Shown one piece after another: positions 8,025 to 16,707 of a stretch of DNA of 64,000 bases. The notes below the pieces were generated by a model, which did not search any database, was not told where the DNA came from, and saw only the letters and a list, made by a program, of their open reading frames with translations. The position numbers were made by a program, and so were the translations under genes. The first letter of the stretch is position 1, and every line of letters starts with the position of its first letter. Source of the DNA: Thermoanaerobaculia bacterium (GTDB lineage: Bacteria > Acidobacteriota > Thermoanaerobaculia > UBA5066). The stretch spans positions 1,888,001-1,952,000 of the forward strand of contig CAVRAY010000001.1 of assembly GCA_963719225.1 (NCBI GenBank), in the 5' to 3' direction.

Positions 8025-9931
8025 GCGCGCACGGCTCCGCGGGCCTCCCGACTCTGCCGACGCGCCCGCCCCTTCCTCCGTACACGCCGCCGTCGCGCGT
8101 CCCGCGCCTCGTCGCGCTCGTCGGTCCGCCGAACTCCGGCAAGTCGACGCTCTTCAACCGGCTCACCGGCCTGAGGCAGCACGTCGCGAACTTCCCGGGC
8201 GTCACCGTGGAGGAGCGTCGCGGGGTCGCCCGTCTCGAGGGCGACCGCGTGGTCGTGCTCGTCGACCTGCCGGGCGTCTACAGCCTGTCGCCGCGGTCCG
8301 AGGACGAACGCGTCACGCACGACGTCCTCAAGGGCGAGATGGAAGGGATGGCGAAGCCCGACGCCGTGCTCCTCATCCTCGACTCGACGAACCTGAACCG
8401 GCATCTCGTTCTGGCCGCGCCGATTCTCGCGCTCGGGCTTCCGACCTTCGTCGTCCTCAACATGGCGGACGAGCTGTCGAGCCGCGGGGGCACGGTGGAT
8501 GCCGAAGCGCTCGCGACACGCCTCGGAGTCCCCGTCGCGCTCGTGAGCGCGTCCAAGGGCCAGGGCCTCGAGATGGTGCGCGAATTCCTGAACGGAGCCG
8601 TCGGCGTGCCGCCCTCTCTCGATCTGCCCGTCCTCGCCGACATTCCGAAGTGCCGGCAGTGGGCCGTGGCGATGGGGGACGAGGCCCGTTACGCCGCGCC
8701 CGCGCCGCCGGTGTGGACTCGGCGCCTGGACGCGGTGTTCCTGCATCCCGTCGCGGGGCCCCTCGTCTTTCTCGCGGTCGTCGTCGCGGTGTTCCAGACG
8801 ATCTTCTCGGCGGCCCGGCCGCTCATGGACGCGGTGGACTACGCCGTGCGGGCGTCCGGAGCGTGGCTGTCGGGGATCCTCCCGGCGTCCCTGCTCAAGT
8901 CTCTCCTCCTCGAGGGCGTCTGGGGCGGCGTGGGCTCGGTCGTGATCTTTCTGCCGCAGATTCTGCTGCTCTTCCTCTTCATCGGCCTCCTCGAGGATTC
9001 GGGCTACCTCGCACGTGCCGCGCTCATCGCCGATCGCACGATGCGAAAAGCGGGCCTGCAGGGGAAGTCGTTCCTGCCGCTCCTCTCGGCGTACGCGTGC
9101 GCCGTGCCGGCGGTCATGGCGTCCCGGACGATCGAGAACAAGCGCGATCGCATCGCGACGATCCTCATCGCGCCGTTCATGACGTGCTCGGCGCGGCTGC
9201 CCGTCTACACGCTGATCATCGCGGCTTTCCTGCCGGAGCGCCCCCTGCTCGGCCCGTTCCTCGGCACCCGCGCGGCCGCGATGCTCGGCCTCTACCTTCT
9301 GGGCTTTCTCGCGGCGTTCGGCACGGCGCGACTTCTGAAATCGTCCGTCCTGAAGAGCGACGGTGCGCCGTTCCTCCTCGAGATGCCGCCCTACCGGCGC
9401 CCGACGCTTCGTCAGATCGGCCTCAGGATGTACGACCGGGCGAAGATCTTCCTCCGCCGCGCGGGCACCGTGATCCTGGGCGTCGCGATCGTCCTCTGGG
9501 TCCTCGCCCACCTGCCGCTCAGCGGCGGAAAGCTGCCCGAAATCGCCAACAGCGTGGCGGGCACGATCGGCCGCGCGATCGAGCCTTTCGTGCGGCCGCT
9601 CGGCTTCGACTGGCGCATCGGTATCGGAATCGTGATGTCGCTCGCCGCCCGCGAGGTCATCGTCGGGACGCTCGGCACGCTCTACGGCATGGATCCCAAG
9701 GCGGGGAGTGAAGGCCTGCAGGCGGCGCTCCGGCACGACCTCACGGCCGGCGGAGCGGTCGCTCTTCTCGTGTTCTTCGCGTTCGCGATGCAGTGCCTTT
9801 CCACGGTCGCGGTCGTGAGGCGCGAGACCGGCGGCTGGAAGTGGCCGGCGATCCAGTTCGCGTACATGGGCCTTCTCGCCTACTCCGGCGCCTATCTCGC
9901 GAATCGGATCGTGACGCTTTTCCTGGGCTGA
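8021..9931 (+). CDS. feoB: Ferrous iron transport protein B
   Basis: GPPNSGKSTLFN, NFPGVTVE, DLPG, NMAD GTPase motifs; LEDSGYLAR, CAVP, MTCSARLPVY gate motifs. Confidence 0.97.
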   Translation: MSAHGSAGLPTLPTRPPLPPYTPPSRVPRLVALVGPPNSGKSTLFNRLTGLRQHVANFPGVTVEERRGVARLEGDRVVVLVDLPGVYSLSPRSEDERVTHDVLKGEMEGMAKPDAVLLILDSTNLNRHLVLAAPILALGLPTFVVLNMADELSSRGGTVDAEALATRLGVPVALVSASKGQGLEMVREFLNGAVGVPPSLDLPVLADIPKCRQWAVAMGDEARYAAPAPPVWTRRLDAVFLHPVAGPLVFLAVVVAVFQTIFSAARPLMDAVDYAVRASGAWLSGILPASLLKSLLLEGVWGGVGSVVIFLPQILLLFLFIGLLEDSGYLARAALIADRTMRKAGLQGKSFLPLLSAYACAVPAVMASRTIENKRDRIATILIAPFMTCSARLPVYTLIIAAFLPERPLLGPFLGTRAAAMLGLYLLGFLAAFGTARLLKSSVLKSDGAPFLLEMPPYRRPTLRQIGLRMYDRAKIFLRRAGTVILGVAIVLWVLAHLPLSGGKLPEIANSVAGTIGRAIEPFVRPLGFDWRIGIGIVMSLAAREVIVGTLGTLYGMDPKAGSEGLQAALRHDLTAGGAVALLVFFAFAMQCLSTVAVVRRETGGWKWPAIQFAYMGLLAYSGAYLANRIVTLFLG

Positions 9932-9936
9932 AGACG

Positions 9937-10155
9937 TCAGGCGACTGCCGATTTCCGCTTGTAGTGCACCCCTGCGGCCCGCGTCGCTTCGCCGGCGGCG
10001 ATCGCCGTTTCGCAATACATCCCGAGGTCTTGCAATGTCTTACAGGTCTCAGAGCCACAGACGGGGCAGGAAATGCAGCTATGTGCGGGTATTGGGGTAG
10101 AGGACTTCCGCCGGGTTCTTCGGGGGCTCTGTGCCGGCATTCGTTTCGCGCTCAT
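9937..10155 (-). CDS. Small basic Cys-rich protein (possible metal-binding)
   Basis: 72 aa with HSCISCPVCGSETC...C; GGAGGT RBS 5 nt before the ATG; own sigma70-like promoter. Confidence 0.6.
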   Translation of the reverse strand: MSAKRMPAQSPRRTRRKSSTPIPAHSCISCPVCGSETCKTLQDLGMYCETAIAAGEATRAAGVHYKRKSAVA

Positions 10156-10187
10156 CTTTCACCTCCGTGAGCAGGGCTCCCGGAGAC

Positions 10188-10216
10188 AATATAGGGGGTA
10201 TTACGCGCTGCGTCAA
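10188..10216 (-). promoter_or_regulatory. Sigma70-type promoter of the small Cys-rich ORF
   Basis: TTGACG - 17 nt - TATATT on the minus strand. Confidence 0.65.
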
Positions 10217-10237
10217 TAGTCGGCTCGAGTAAGCATC

Positions 10238-10269
10238 TTGACAGCAGATGAAGACGGCATCATGATGCC
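10238..10269 (+). promoter_or_regulatory. vapBC promoter with palindromic operator
   Basis: TTGACA - 17 nt - CATGAT; the perfect palindrome GGCATCATGATGCC (10256-10269) overlaps the -10 box, as expected for antitoxin autorepression. Confidence 0.7.
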
Positions 10270-10272
10270 TCC

Positions 10273-10542
10273 GTGAGAACCACGGTCACTCTCGAGCAGG
10301 ACCTGGCAGACAAGCTCAAGGAGTACGCGCGCCGAAGGCGCGCTTCCTTCAAGGTCGCGCTGAACACGGTTCTTCGCCGCGGGCTCGCCGCCCAGGAGCC
10401 GGCGCCCTCGCCGCGACGCCGCTTCGCCATCGAGCCCCATTCGAGCCGTCTCCGTCCGGGTGTCGACCCCGGCAAGCTGAACCAGATCGTGGACCGGCTC
10501 GATGCGGAGGACTTCGTTCACGAGACGCGGTCGGATCGATGA
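10273..10542 (+). CDS. vapB: Type II antitoxin, ribbon-helix-helix VapB-like
   Basis: MRTTVTLEQDL...SFKVALNTVLRRGL N-terminus; ATGA overlap with the PIN toxin. Confidence 0.88.
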   Translation: MRTTVTLEQDLADKLKEYARRRRASFKVALNTVLRRGLAAQEPAPSPRRRFAIEPHSSRLRPGVDPGKLNQIVDRLDAEDFVHETRSDR

Positions 10543-10964
10543 TCCTGCCGGACATCAATCTCCTCGTCTTCGCGTACAACCGGCACGCGCCTCACCATGT
10601 CGAAGCGAGAGCGTGGTGGGAAGGACTGCTCAACGGTTCCGACCCCGTGGGGCTTCCCTGGGCCGTCGTGTGCGGGTTCGTCCGCCTGATGACGCACCCC
10701 GCTGTCCTCGTCAGCCCTCTCGACCCGGGACGAACCCTTCACCACGTTCGGTCGTGGTTCGACCGGCCCGTCGTCGAGGTCCTCGAGCCCGGCCCACGGC
10801 ACCTGGAAATCCTCGAACGACTTCTGACGACCGTCGGCGTCGCGGCAAACCTGACGACGGATGCGCACCTCGCGGCCATCGCGATCGAGCACCAGTGCGA
10901 GCTGCATTCGAACGACGCGGACTTCGCCCGATTCCCCGGCTTGCGATGGCGGAATCCGTGTTGA
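10539..10964 (+). CDS. vapC: VapC family PIN-domain toxin
   Basis: ILPDINLLV...GFVRLMTHP...NLTTDAHLAAIAIEH...SNDADFARFPGLRWRNP. Confidence 0.93.
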   Translation: MILPDINLLVFAYNRHAPHHVEARAWWEGLLNGSDPVGLPWAVVCGFVRLMTHPAVLVSPLDPGRTLHHVRSWFDRPVVEVLEPGPRHLEILERLLTTVGVAANLTTDAHLAAIAIEHQCELHSNDADFARFPGLRWRNPC

Positions 10965-10970
10965 CGGGAC

Positions 10971-13900
10971 TCAGCGCCACTCGTCCTCGACGAGAGCGGC
11001 CGCGGCCGGAGTCTCCTTGGGAACGGGATGCGTCATGCCCGCGTCCGCCATCTTTCCGCGCCGGCGCTTGAGCCGCTCGGCGAGCTGGTCCATGTAGACG
11101 TAGAAGACCGGCGTGACGTAGAGCGTGATCATCTGGGAGAAGAGGAGGCCGCCGACGACAGCGAGGCCGAGAGGCCGCCGCGCTTCGGCGCCCGCGCCGA
11201 AGCCGAACGCGATCGGAAGCGTGCCCATGAGCGCGGACATCGTCGTCATCATGATCGGGCGGAAGCGCACGACGCAGGCTTCGACGATCGCCTCCTCGGC
11301 GCTCTTGCCCGCGCGGCGACCTTCGACGGCGAAGTCGACCATCATGATTCCGTTCTTCTTCACGAGGCCGACGAGCAGGATGATTCCCACGAAGGCGTAG
11401 ATCGAGAGCTCCACCTTGAAGACGAGGAGCGTGAGCAGCGCTCCGAAGCCCGCGAAGGGCAGAGCCGACAGGATCGTGAGAGGGTGCAGGAAGTCCTCGT
11501 AGAGGATGCCGAGCACCGTGTAGATCACGAGGATCGCGATGAGGAGCAGGAGCCCGAGCCCTTTCTGCGACGCCTCGAAGGCCTGCGCGGTCCCCTGGAA
11601 CGTCGTCTGAATGGTGGCGGGCAGCGTCGCGCGCGCGACCTTGTTGATCTCCACCACGGCGTTACCGAGCGAAACTTCGGGCGGCAGGTTGAAGGAGATC
11701 GTCACGGCCGGGAGCTGCCCCGCGTGATTGACGGCGAGGGGGCCCACGGTCTTCTCGAGCTTCGTGAGCGCCGAGAGCGGAACGAGATCGCCTTTCCTCG
11801 ACCGCACGTACAGGAGCTGGAACGCCGACGGATCCCTCTGGAACTGCGGCATCAGCTCCATGATCACCTGGTACTCGTTGTTGGGAGAGTAGATCGTCGA
11901 GATCTGGCGTGACCCGTACGCCGTGTAGAGCGCGTTCTCGATGGACTCCGGCGTGACCCCGAGCGCGGCCGTCCGGTCGCGGTCGATCGTGAGATAGGCC
12001 GTCGGGTTGCGGAGCTGGAGGTCGCTGTTCACGTCCTGGAGTCCCTTGATCCCGCGCATCTTCTCCTCGAGGAGAGGGGCCACCTGGTAGAGGTCCTTCG
12101 TGTCGGAGGCCTGCAGCGTGAACTGGTACTGCGCCCTCGTCAGCGCTCCCCCGAGCCGGATCGGAGGCAGGTTCTGGGGATAGACCCGGATTCCGGGGAT
12201 CTGCGCGAGCCTCGGGCGGAGCTGCTGGATGATCTGGTCGGCCGAGAGCTTCCGCTCGTCGCGGGGCTTCAGCCGCATGAATATCGTGCCCGTGTTCCCG
12301 CCCTGAACGTTGTTGCCGCGGTTGCCGCAGCTCGACATGAAGCCTTCGACGTTCGGATCGTTCCGCACGACCTCGGCGGCCGCCTTCTGGTGCTGGACCA
12401 TCGCTTCGAACGAGATGCCCTGCGCCGCCTCCGTGGGGGCGAAGATCTGTCCCGTGTCGGAGCTCGGGATGAAGCCCTTCGGGACGATCATGAAGAGCCC
12501 GATCGTGGCGAGAAGGATGAGAGCGGAGAAGGCCAGCATCAGCCGTTTCCACCTCAGCGCCAGCTTCAGCCCGCGCTCGTAGAACGAGAGGGACGCGTCG
12601 AACGCGCGCTCGGAGGCCACGTAGAGGCGCCCGCGCTCCTCCTTTTCGCGGTGAGCCTTCAGGTAGCGGGCGCAGAGCATGGGCGTGAGCGTCAGCGACA
12701 CGAAGCCGGAAACCAGGACCGCCACGGTGATCGTGACCGCGAACTCCCGGAAGAGGCGGCCGATGATCCCGCCCATGAAGAGGAGAGGAATGAAAACGGC
12801 CGTCAGGGAAAGCGTCATCGAGACGATCGTGAAGCCGATCTCCTTCGTGCCGTTCAGGGCCGCCTCGAAGGGCTGCTCGCCCATCTCGATGTGCCGGACG
12901 ATGTTCTCGAGGACGACGATCGCGTCGTCCACGACGAATCCCACCGAGAGCGTGAGCGCCATCAGCGACAGGTTGTCCATGCTGTAGCCGAGCGCGTACA
13001 TCGCGGCGAACGTCCCGGCGATCGAGAGCGGCAGGGCCAGCGACGGGATGACGGTCGCCGAAAGGTTCCTCAGGAACAGGAAGATCACCATGACGACGAG
13101 CGCGAGCGTCAGCCACAGCGTGAACTTGACGTCCGAGACGGATTCCCGGATGGACTGCGAGCGGTCGAAGAGGATATTGAGCTTCGCCGAGCCCGGGAGC
13201 ATGCCCTCGAACACGGGGATCAGCTTCCTGACGTTCGAGACGACCTCGACCGTGTTCTCGCCGGGCTGCTTCTGGATCGCGAGGACGATGGCACGCGTCG
13301 GGCCGGTCTTGTCGACGTACCACGACGCCGTCTTGTCGTTCTCGACGCTGTCGATGGCGCGGCCGATGTCCTTGACCCTCACCGGCGACCCGTTCCGGTA
13401 GGCGACGATGAGCGGCCCGTATTCGGCGGCCTCCGTGAGCTGGCCCGTGGCCTGCACCGTGTACGCCGTGTTCGGGCCCCAGAGCGTTCCCGTCGGGATG
13501 TTCACGTTCGCGGCGGCGACGGCGGCCGAGGCTTCGTCGATCCCGATGCCCCTGTAGGCGAGCGCCTGCGGGTCGACCTGCACGCGCACGGCGTATTTCT
13601 GCGCGCCGAACACCTGCACCTGCGCGACGCCCGAGACCGTCGAGATACGCTGCGCCATGATCGTCTCGGCGTATTCGTCGAGCGTCGACAGGGCGAGCGT
13701 CGGCGAGGTCAGGGCCATGTAGATGATGGGCTGGTCGGCCGGATTGACCTTCTGATACGTCGGCGGGCTCGGCATCCCGGGCGGGAGCTGGCGCGAAGCG
13801 GCACCGATCGCGGCCTGGACGTCCTGTGCGGCCGCGTCGAGGTTGCGGCTCAGGCTGAACTGCAGCGTCACCTGCGTGACGCCGAGGATGCTCGTGGAGT

Positions 13901-14141
13901 TCATGTTGTCGAGGCCGGCGATCGTCGTGAACTGCCTTTCGAGCGGCGTCGCGACCGCGGAGGCCATCGTCTCGGGGCTGGCTCCCGGGAGCGCCGCCGT
14001 CACCTGGATCGTCGGAAAATCCACGTTCGGCAGGTCCGAGACCGGAAGCAGCCGGTAGCCCACGATACCGAAGAAGAGGATCGCCAGCATGACGAGCGTC
14101 GTGGCGACCGGGCGCCGGATGAAGAGCTCGGAAATATTCAT
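10971..14141 (-). CDS. RND efflux permease (AcrB/MdtBC-like)
   Basis: FIRRPVATTL, LPNVDFPTI, GFVVDDAIVVLENI, KKNGIMMVDFA, RFRPIMMTT. Confidence 0.96.
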   Translation of the reverse strand: MNISELFIRRPVATTLVMLAILFFGIVGYRLLPVSDLPNVDFPTIQVTAALPGASPETMASAVATPLERQFTTIAGLDNMNSTSILGVTQVTLQFSLSRNLDAAAQDVQAAIGAASRQLPPGMPSPPTYQKVNPADQPIIYMALTSPTLALSTLDEYAETIMAQRISTVSGVAQVQVFGAQKYAVRVQVDPQALAYRGIGIDEASAAVAAANVNIPTGTLWGPNTAYTVQATGQLTEAAEYGPLIVAYRNGSPVRVKDIGRAIDSVENDKTASWYVDKTGPTRAIVLAIQKQPGENTVEVVSNVRKLIPVFEGMLPGSAKLNILFDRSQSIRESVSDVKFTLWLTLALVVMVIFLFLRNLSATVIPSLALPLSIAGTFAAMYALGYSMDNLSLMALTLSVGFVVDDAIVVLENIVRHIEMGEQPFEAALNGTKEIGFTIVSMTLSLTAVFIPLLFMGGIIGRLFREFAVTITVAVLVSGFVSLTLTPMLCARYLKAHREKEERGRLYVASERAFDASLSFYERGLKLALRWKRLMLAFSALILLATIGLFMIVPKGFIPSSDTGQIFAPTEAAQGISFEAMVQHQKAAAEVVRNDPNVEGFMSSCGNRGNNVQGGNTGTIFMRLKPRDERKLSADQIIQQLRPRLAQIPGIRVYPQNLPPIRLGGALTRAQYQFTLQASDTKDLYQVAPLLEEKMRGIKGLQDVNSDLQLRNPTAYLTIDRDRTAALGVTPESIENALYTAYGSRQISTIYSPNNEYQVIMELMPQFQRDPSAFQLLYVRSRKGDLVPLSALTKLEKTVGPLAVNHAGQLPAVTISFNLPPEVSLGNAVVEINKVARATLPATIQTTFQGTAQAFEASQKGLGLLLLIAILVIYTVLGILYEDFLHPLTILSALPFAGFGALLTLLVFKVELSIYAFVGIILLVGLVKKNGIMMVDFAVEGRRAGKSAEEAIVEACVVRFRPIMMTTMSALMGTLPIAFGFGAGAEARRPLGLAVVGGLLFSQMITLYVTPVFYVYMDQLAERLKRRRGKMADAGMTHPVPKETPAAAALVEDEWR

Positions 14142-14157
14142 CCACGCCCTCTCCGGT

Positions 14158-15246
14158 TCACGTCTTGACCGTGACCTTCGCGCCGGGCGCGAGGCGGAGC
14201 TGTCCGTCGGTCACGACGCGCTCGCCGGAAGCGAGGCCCTTGTCGATGACGGACCATTGCTGCCAGGTGCGGCGGACCACGACGGACCTCGCTTCCACCG
14301 TGTCGTCCGCCTTGATGACGTACACGTACGAGCCCTGCTGCCCCGCCTGGACTGCGGGCGTCGGCGCGACGACGGAATTCGCCTCGGTCGCGAGGGTGAG
14401 CGAGACGTTCGTGAACTGCCCCGGCCAGAGAGCGCGGTCGCGGTTGGGAAACGTGGCCCTCAGGTTGATCGTGCCGGTGGCCGTGTCCACCGTGTTGTCG
14501 ATGAACGTGAGCGTGCCCTCGGAAGGCGTGAGGCCCGGTCCGTTCGGGAGAGCGCTCACTTTGAGGGCGCCGGCGGCCGCGCGCTTCTTGACGTCCGCGA
14601 GGACGGCCTCGGGCAGCGAGAACGTCACGTAGATCGGCTCGACCTGGTTGATCACGACGAGCGCGCGATCGTCGTTCGCCTTGATCATGTTGCCGGAGTG
14701 GACGAGAAGGCCGCCCGTCCGACCCGAGATCGGCGCCGCGATCTGGCAATACGCCACGTTCAGGCGCGCCGTCTCGACGGCAGCGTCGTCCGCCTTCACG
14801 GTGGCCTTCAGGGCATCGGCGTTCGCCTTCGCCTGCGAGAACTGCTCCTGCGTGACGTAGTCCTTCTTGACGAGCTCGGCGTAGCGCTTCAGGTTCTCTT
14901 CCGCCTCTCGGGCGCGGGCGCGGTCCCGCTCGAGGTTCGCTTCGGCCTCGGCGAGCGCGGACTGGTAGGGCCGGCGGTCGATCTCGAAGAGGAGATCTCC
15001 CTGCTTGACGTCCTGGCCTTCGCGGAAGCCGACCTTCGTGACCTCGCCGCCCACGCGCGTCCGCACCGCGACCGTCGAGAAGGCGTCCACGTGTCCGACC
15101 GCGACGGCCTCGAGCGGCACGTCCTTCTTCTCGACGACCGCGGCCGTGACGGGAAGAGCCGGCGGCGCCGCGGTTTTCCTGTCCTTTCCGCCGCAGGCGG
15201 CGAGAAAAGCGATCGAGACGAGAGCGGCCATAGGCCGGAGGTTCAT
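14158..15246 (-). CDS. RND periplasmic adaptor (MdtA-like) lipoprotein
   Basis: Lipobox FLAAC; VKQGDLLFEID, IAAPISGRTG, DNTVDTATGTI, LWPGQF; ATGA overlap with the TolC-family gene stop. Confidence 0.93.
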   Translation of the reverse strand: MNLRPMAALVSIAFLAACGGKDRKTAAPPALPVTAAVVEKKDVPLEAVAVGHVDAFSTVAVRTRVGGEVTKVGFREGQDVKQGDLLFEIDRRPYQSALAEAEANLERDRARAREAEENLKRYAELVKKDYVTQEQFSQAKANADALKATVKADDAAVETARLNVAYCQIAAPISGRTGGLLVHSGNMIKANDDRALVVINQVEPIYVTFSLPEAVLADVKKRAAAGALKVSALPNGPGLTPSEGTLTFIDNTVDTATGTINLRATFPNRDRALWPGQFTNVSLTLATEANSVVAPTPAVQAGQQGSYVYVIKADDTVEARSVVVRRTWQQWSVIDKGLASGERVVTDGQLRLAPGAKVTVKT

Positions 15247-16685
15247 GGAGTTCCCTTCTTTTCGGCTGCGGGCCCGAGGTCGACGGTTCCGGTGTCGTGT
15301 GCGAGCTGCGCGACGGCGAGGAGGAAGCCGGCGCGGCTCCTGACGTCCTGCGCGAGCGCGGTCGCGAGGGCGCTTTCGGCGGTCAAGAGATCCAGGATGC
15401 TTCCGACGCCCTCCTTGTAACGGCCCCGTGCCACCTCGGCGGACTCCTTCGAGCTCTCGAGGAGGTCGCGCGAGGCCCGAACCTGCTGCACGGCCGTCTG
15501 GAGATTGTAGTAGCTGCTCCAGACCTGGTAGATGACCTGCTGGGCGGCAGTCTCGGCCTGGGCGCCCGCGGCGTCGGCAAGCGCTTCGGCCTGACGCGTG
15601 TCGTACGCGGTCTTGAAGCCTGTGAAGACCGGCCAGCGGAAGAAGAGGCCGAGCGAGTAATTGTCGCCATACGTCAGCAGGGCGTCCGTGCCTTCGAACC
15701 ACGTGCGGTTGACCGAGGCTCCCAGGGAAAGCGTCGGCAGTCCGCCCGATTTCACGGAGCGCACGTGGCTCTGCGCGGCGAGTGCGCGGGAGCGCGCGGC
15801 CGCGAGGTCGGGTCGAAGCCGGCCGGCGTCCGCGATGAGGACATCGACGGAACGCACGACCTCGTCGACGTTCTGGTCCTCGGGCAGCGGGGCGGCGTCG
15901 ACGGGCAGGTCGATCGGGACGCCGAGCGCCGTCGTGAGCTGGCCGCGAAGCGTCTCGATCTGTCCCCGCACGGTCTCGTACGCGAGGCGCTGCTGCGAGA
16001 GGGACGTCCGGGCCTGGAGGACGTCGGCGATCGTCGCCACGCCGGCCCGGTGCCGCTCGTTCGCCGCGGCGTAGTTTTCCTCGGCCTGTTTGAGGCTCGC
16101 TTCCTGCGCCACGAGGAGCGCGCGGGCGCCCTGGTAGCTGTAATAGCTCTGCGCGACGAGGAGGATCAAGTCGTTCATCGCGGCGTTGTGCGTGAAATCG
16201 GCCGCGTAGAGCGATTGCTCCGCCTCGGCGATGTCGGCCGATCGGCCGCCGAGGTCGAGGACGAGAAAGCTCAGCGAGACCGTGGGCCCGTAGCTCGTGA
16301 GGAGCGTCGAGAGGCGCCCGCCGGAGGCGGTCTGCTTCTGCCGCACGGCCTGCGCATCGAGCTCGACGGCGGGGAAGAGGGCGGACCGCTTGCTTCCGAG
16401 CTCGGCCGCGGCGGAGCGCGCGAGGAGCCAGCTCTGCCTCGTGAGCGGGCTGTTCCGCAGCGCGACGTCGACCGCCTCGGAGAGGGAGACCGTCCGGCCC
16501 CTCAGCTTCTCGGGCGCGAGCTCCGGCGGCGGAGGCGCGGGCGTGGGAGTGGGCGCGAGCGCCGCGGAAGGAGGAATCCACCGCGTCGCGGGTGTGTCGG
16601 GCGCGTCGGCACCCTGATGAGCGCACCCGGCGAGGAAAACGGCCAAGCCAAGGGCAGCGAAAGCGCGAACGGCGGGTCCCCTCAC
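15243..16685 (-). CDS. TolC family outer membrane efflux lipoprotein
   Basis: Lipobox LAGC; two OEP repeats (ALRNSP, ERHRAGVATIADVLQA, RYKEGVGSILDLLTA). Confidence 0.92.
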   Translation of the reverse strand: MRGPAVRAFAALGLAVFLAGCAHQGADAPDTPATRWIPPSAALAPTPTPAPPPPELAPEKLRGRTVSLSEAVDVALRNSPLTRQSWLLARSAAAELGSKRSALFPAVELDAQAVRQKQTASGGRLSTLLTSYGPTVSLSFLVLDLGGRSADIAEAEQSLYAADFTHNAAMNDLILLVAQSYYSYQGARALLVAQEASLKQAEENYAAANERHRAGVATIADVLQARTSLSQQRLAYETVRGQIETLRGQLTTALGVPIDLPVDAAPLPEDQNVDEVVRSVDVLIADAGRLRPDLAAARSRALAAQSHVRSVKSGGLPTLSLGASVNRTWFEGTDALLTYGDNYSLGLFFRWPVFTGFKTAYDTRQAEALADAAGAQAETAAQQVIYQVWSSYYNLQTAVQQVRASRDLLESSKESAEVARGRYKEGVGSILDLLTAESALATALAQDVRSRAGFLLAVAQLAHDTGTVDLGPAAEKKGTP

Positions 16686-16707
16686 GATCCCGTTTTACCA
16701 TTGCCGC

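Noticed and set aside
9932-10970. vapBC plus small ORF as a discrete mobile element
   Set aside because: No terminal repeats, target duplication or transposase seen by eye.
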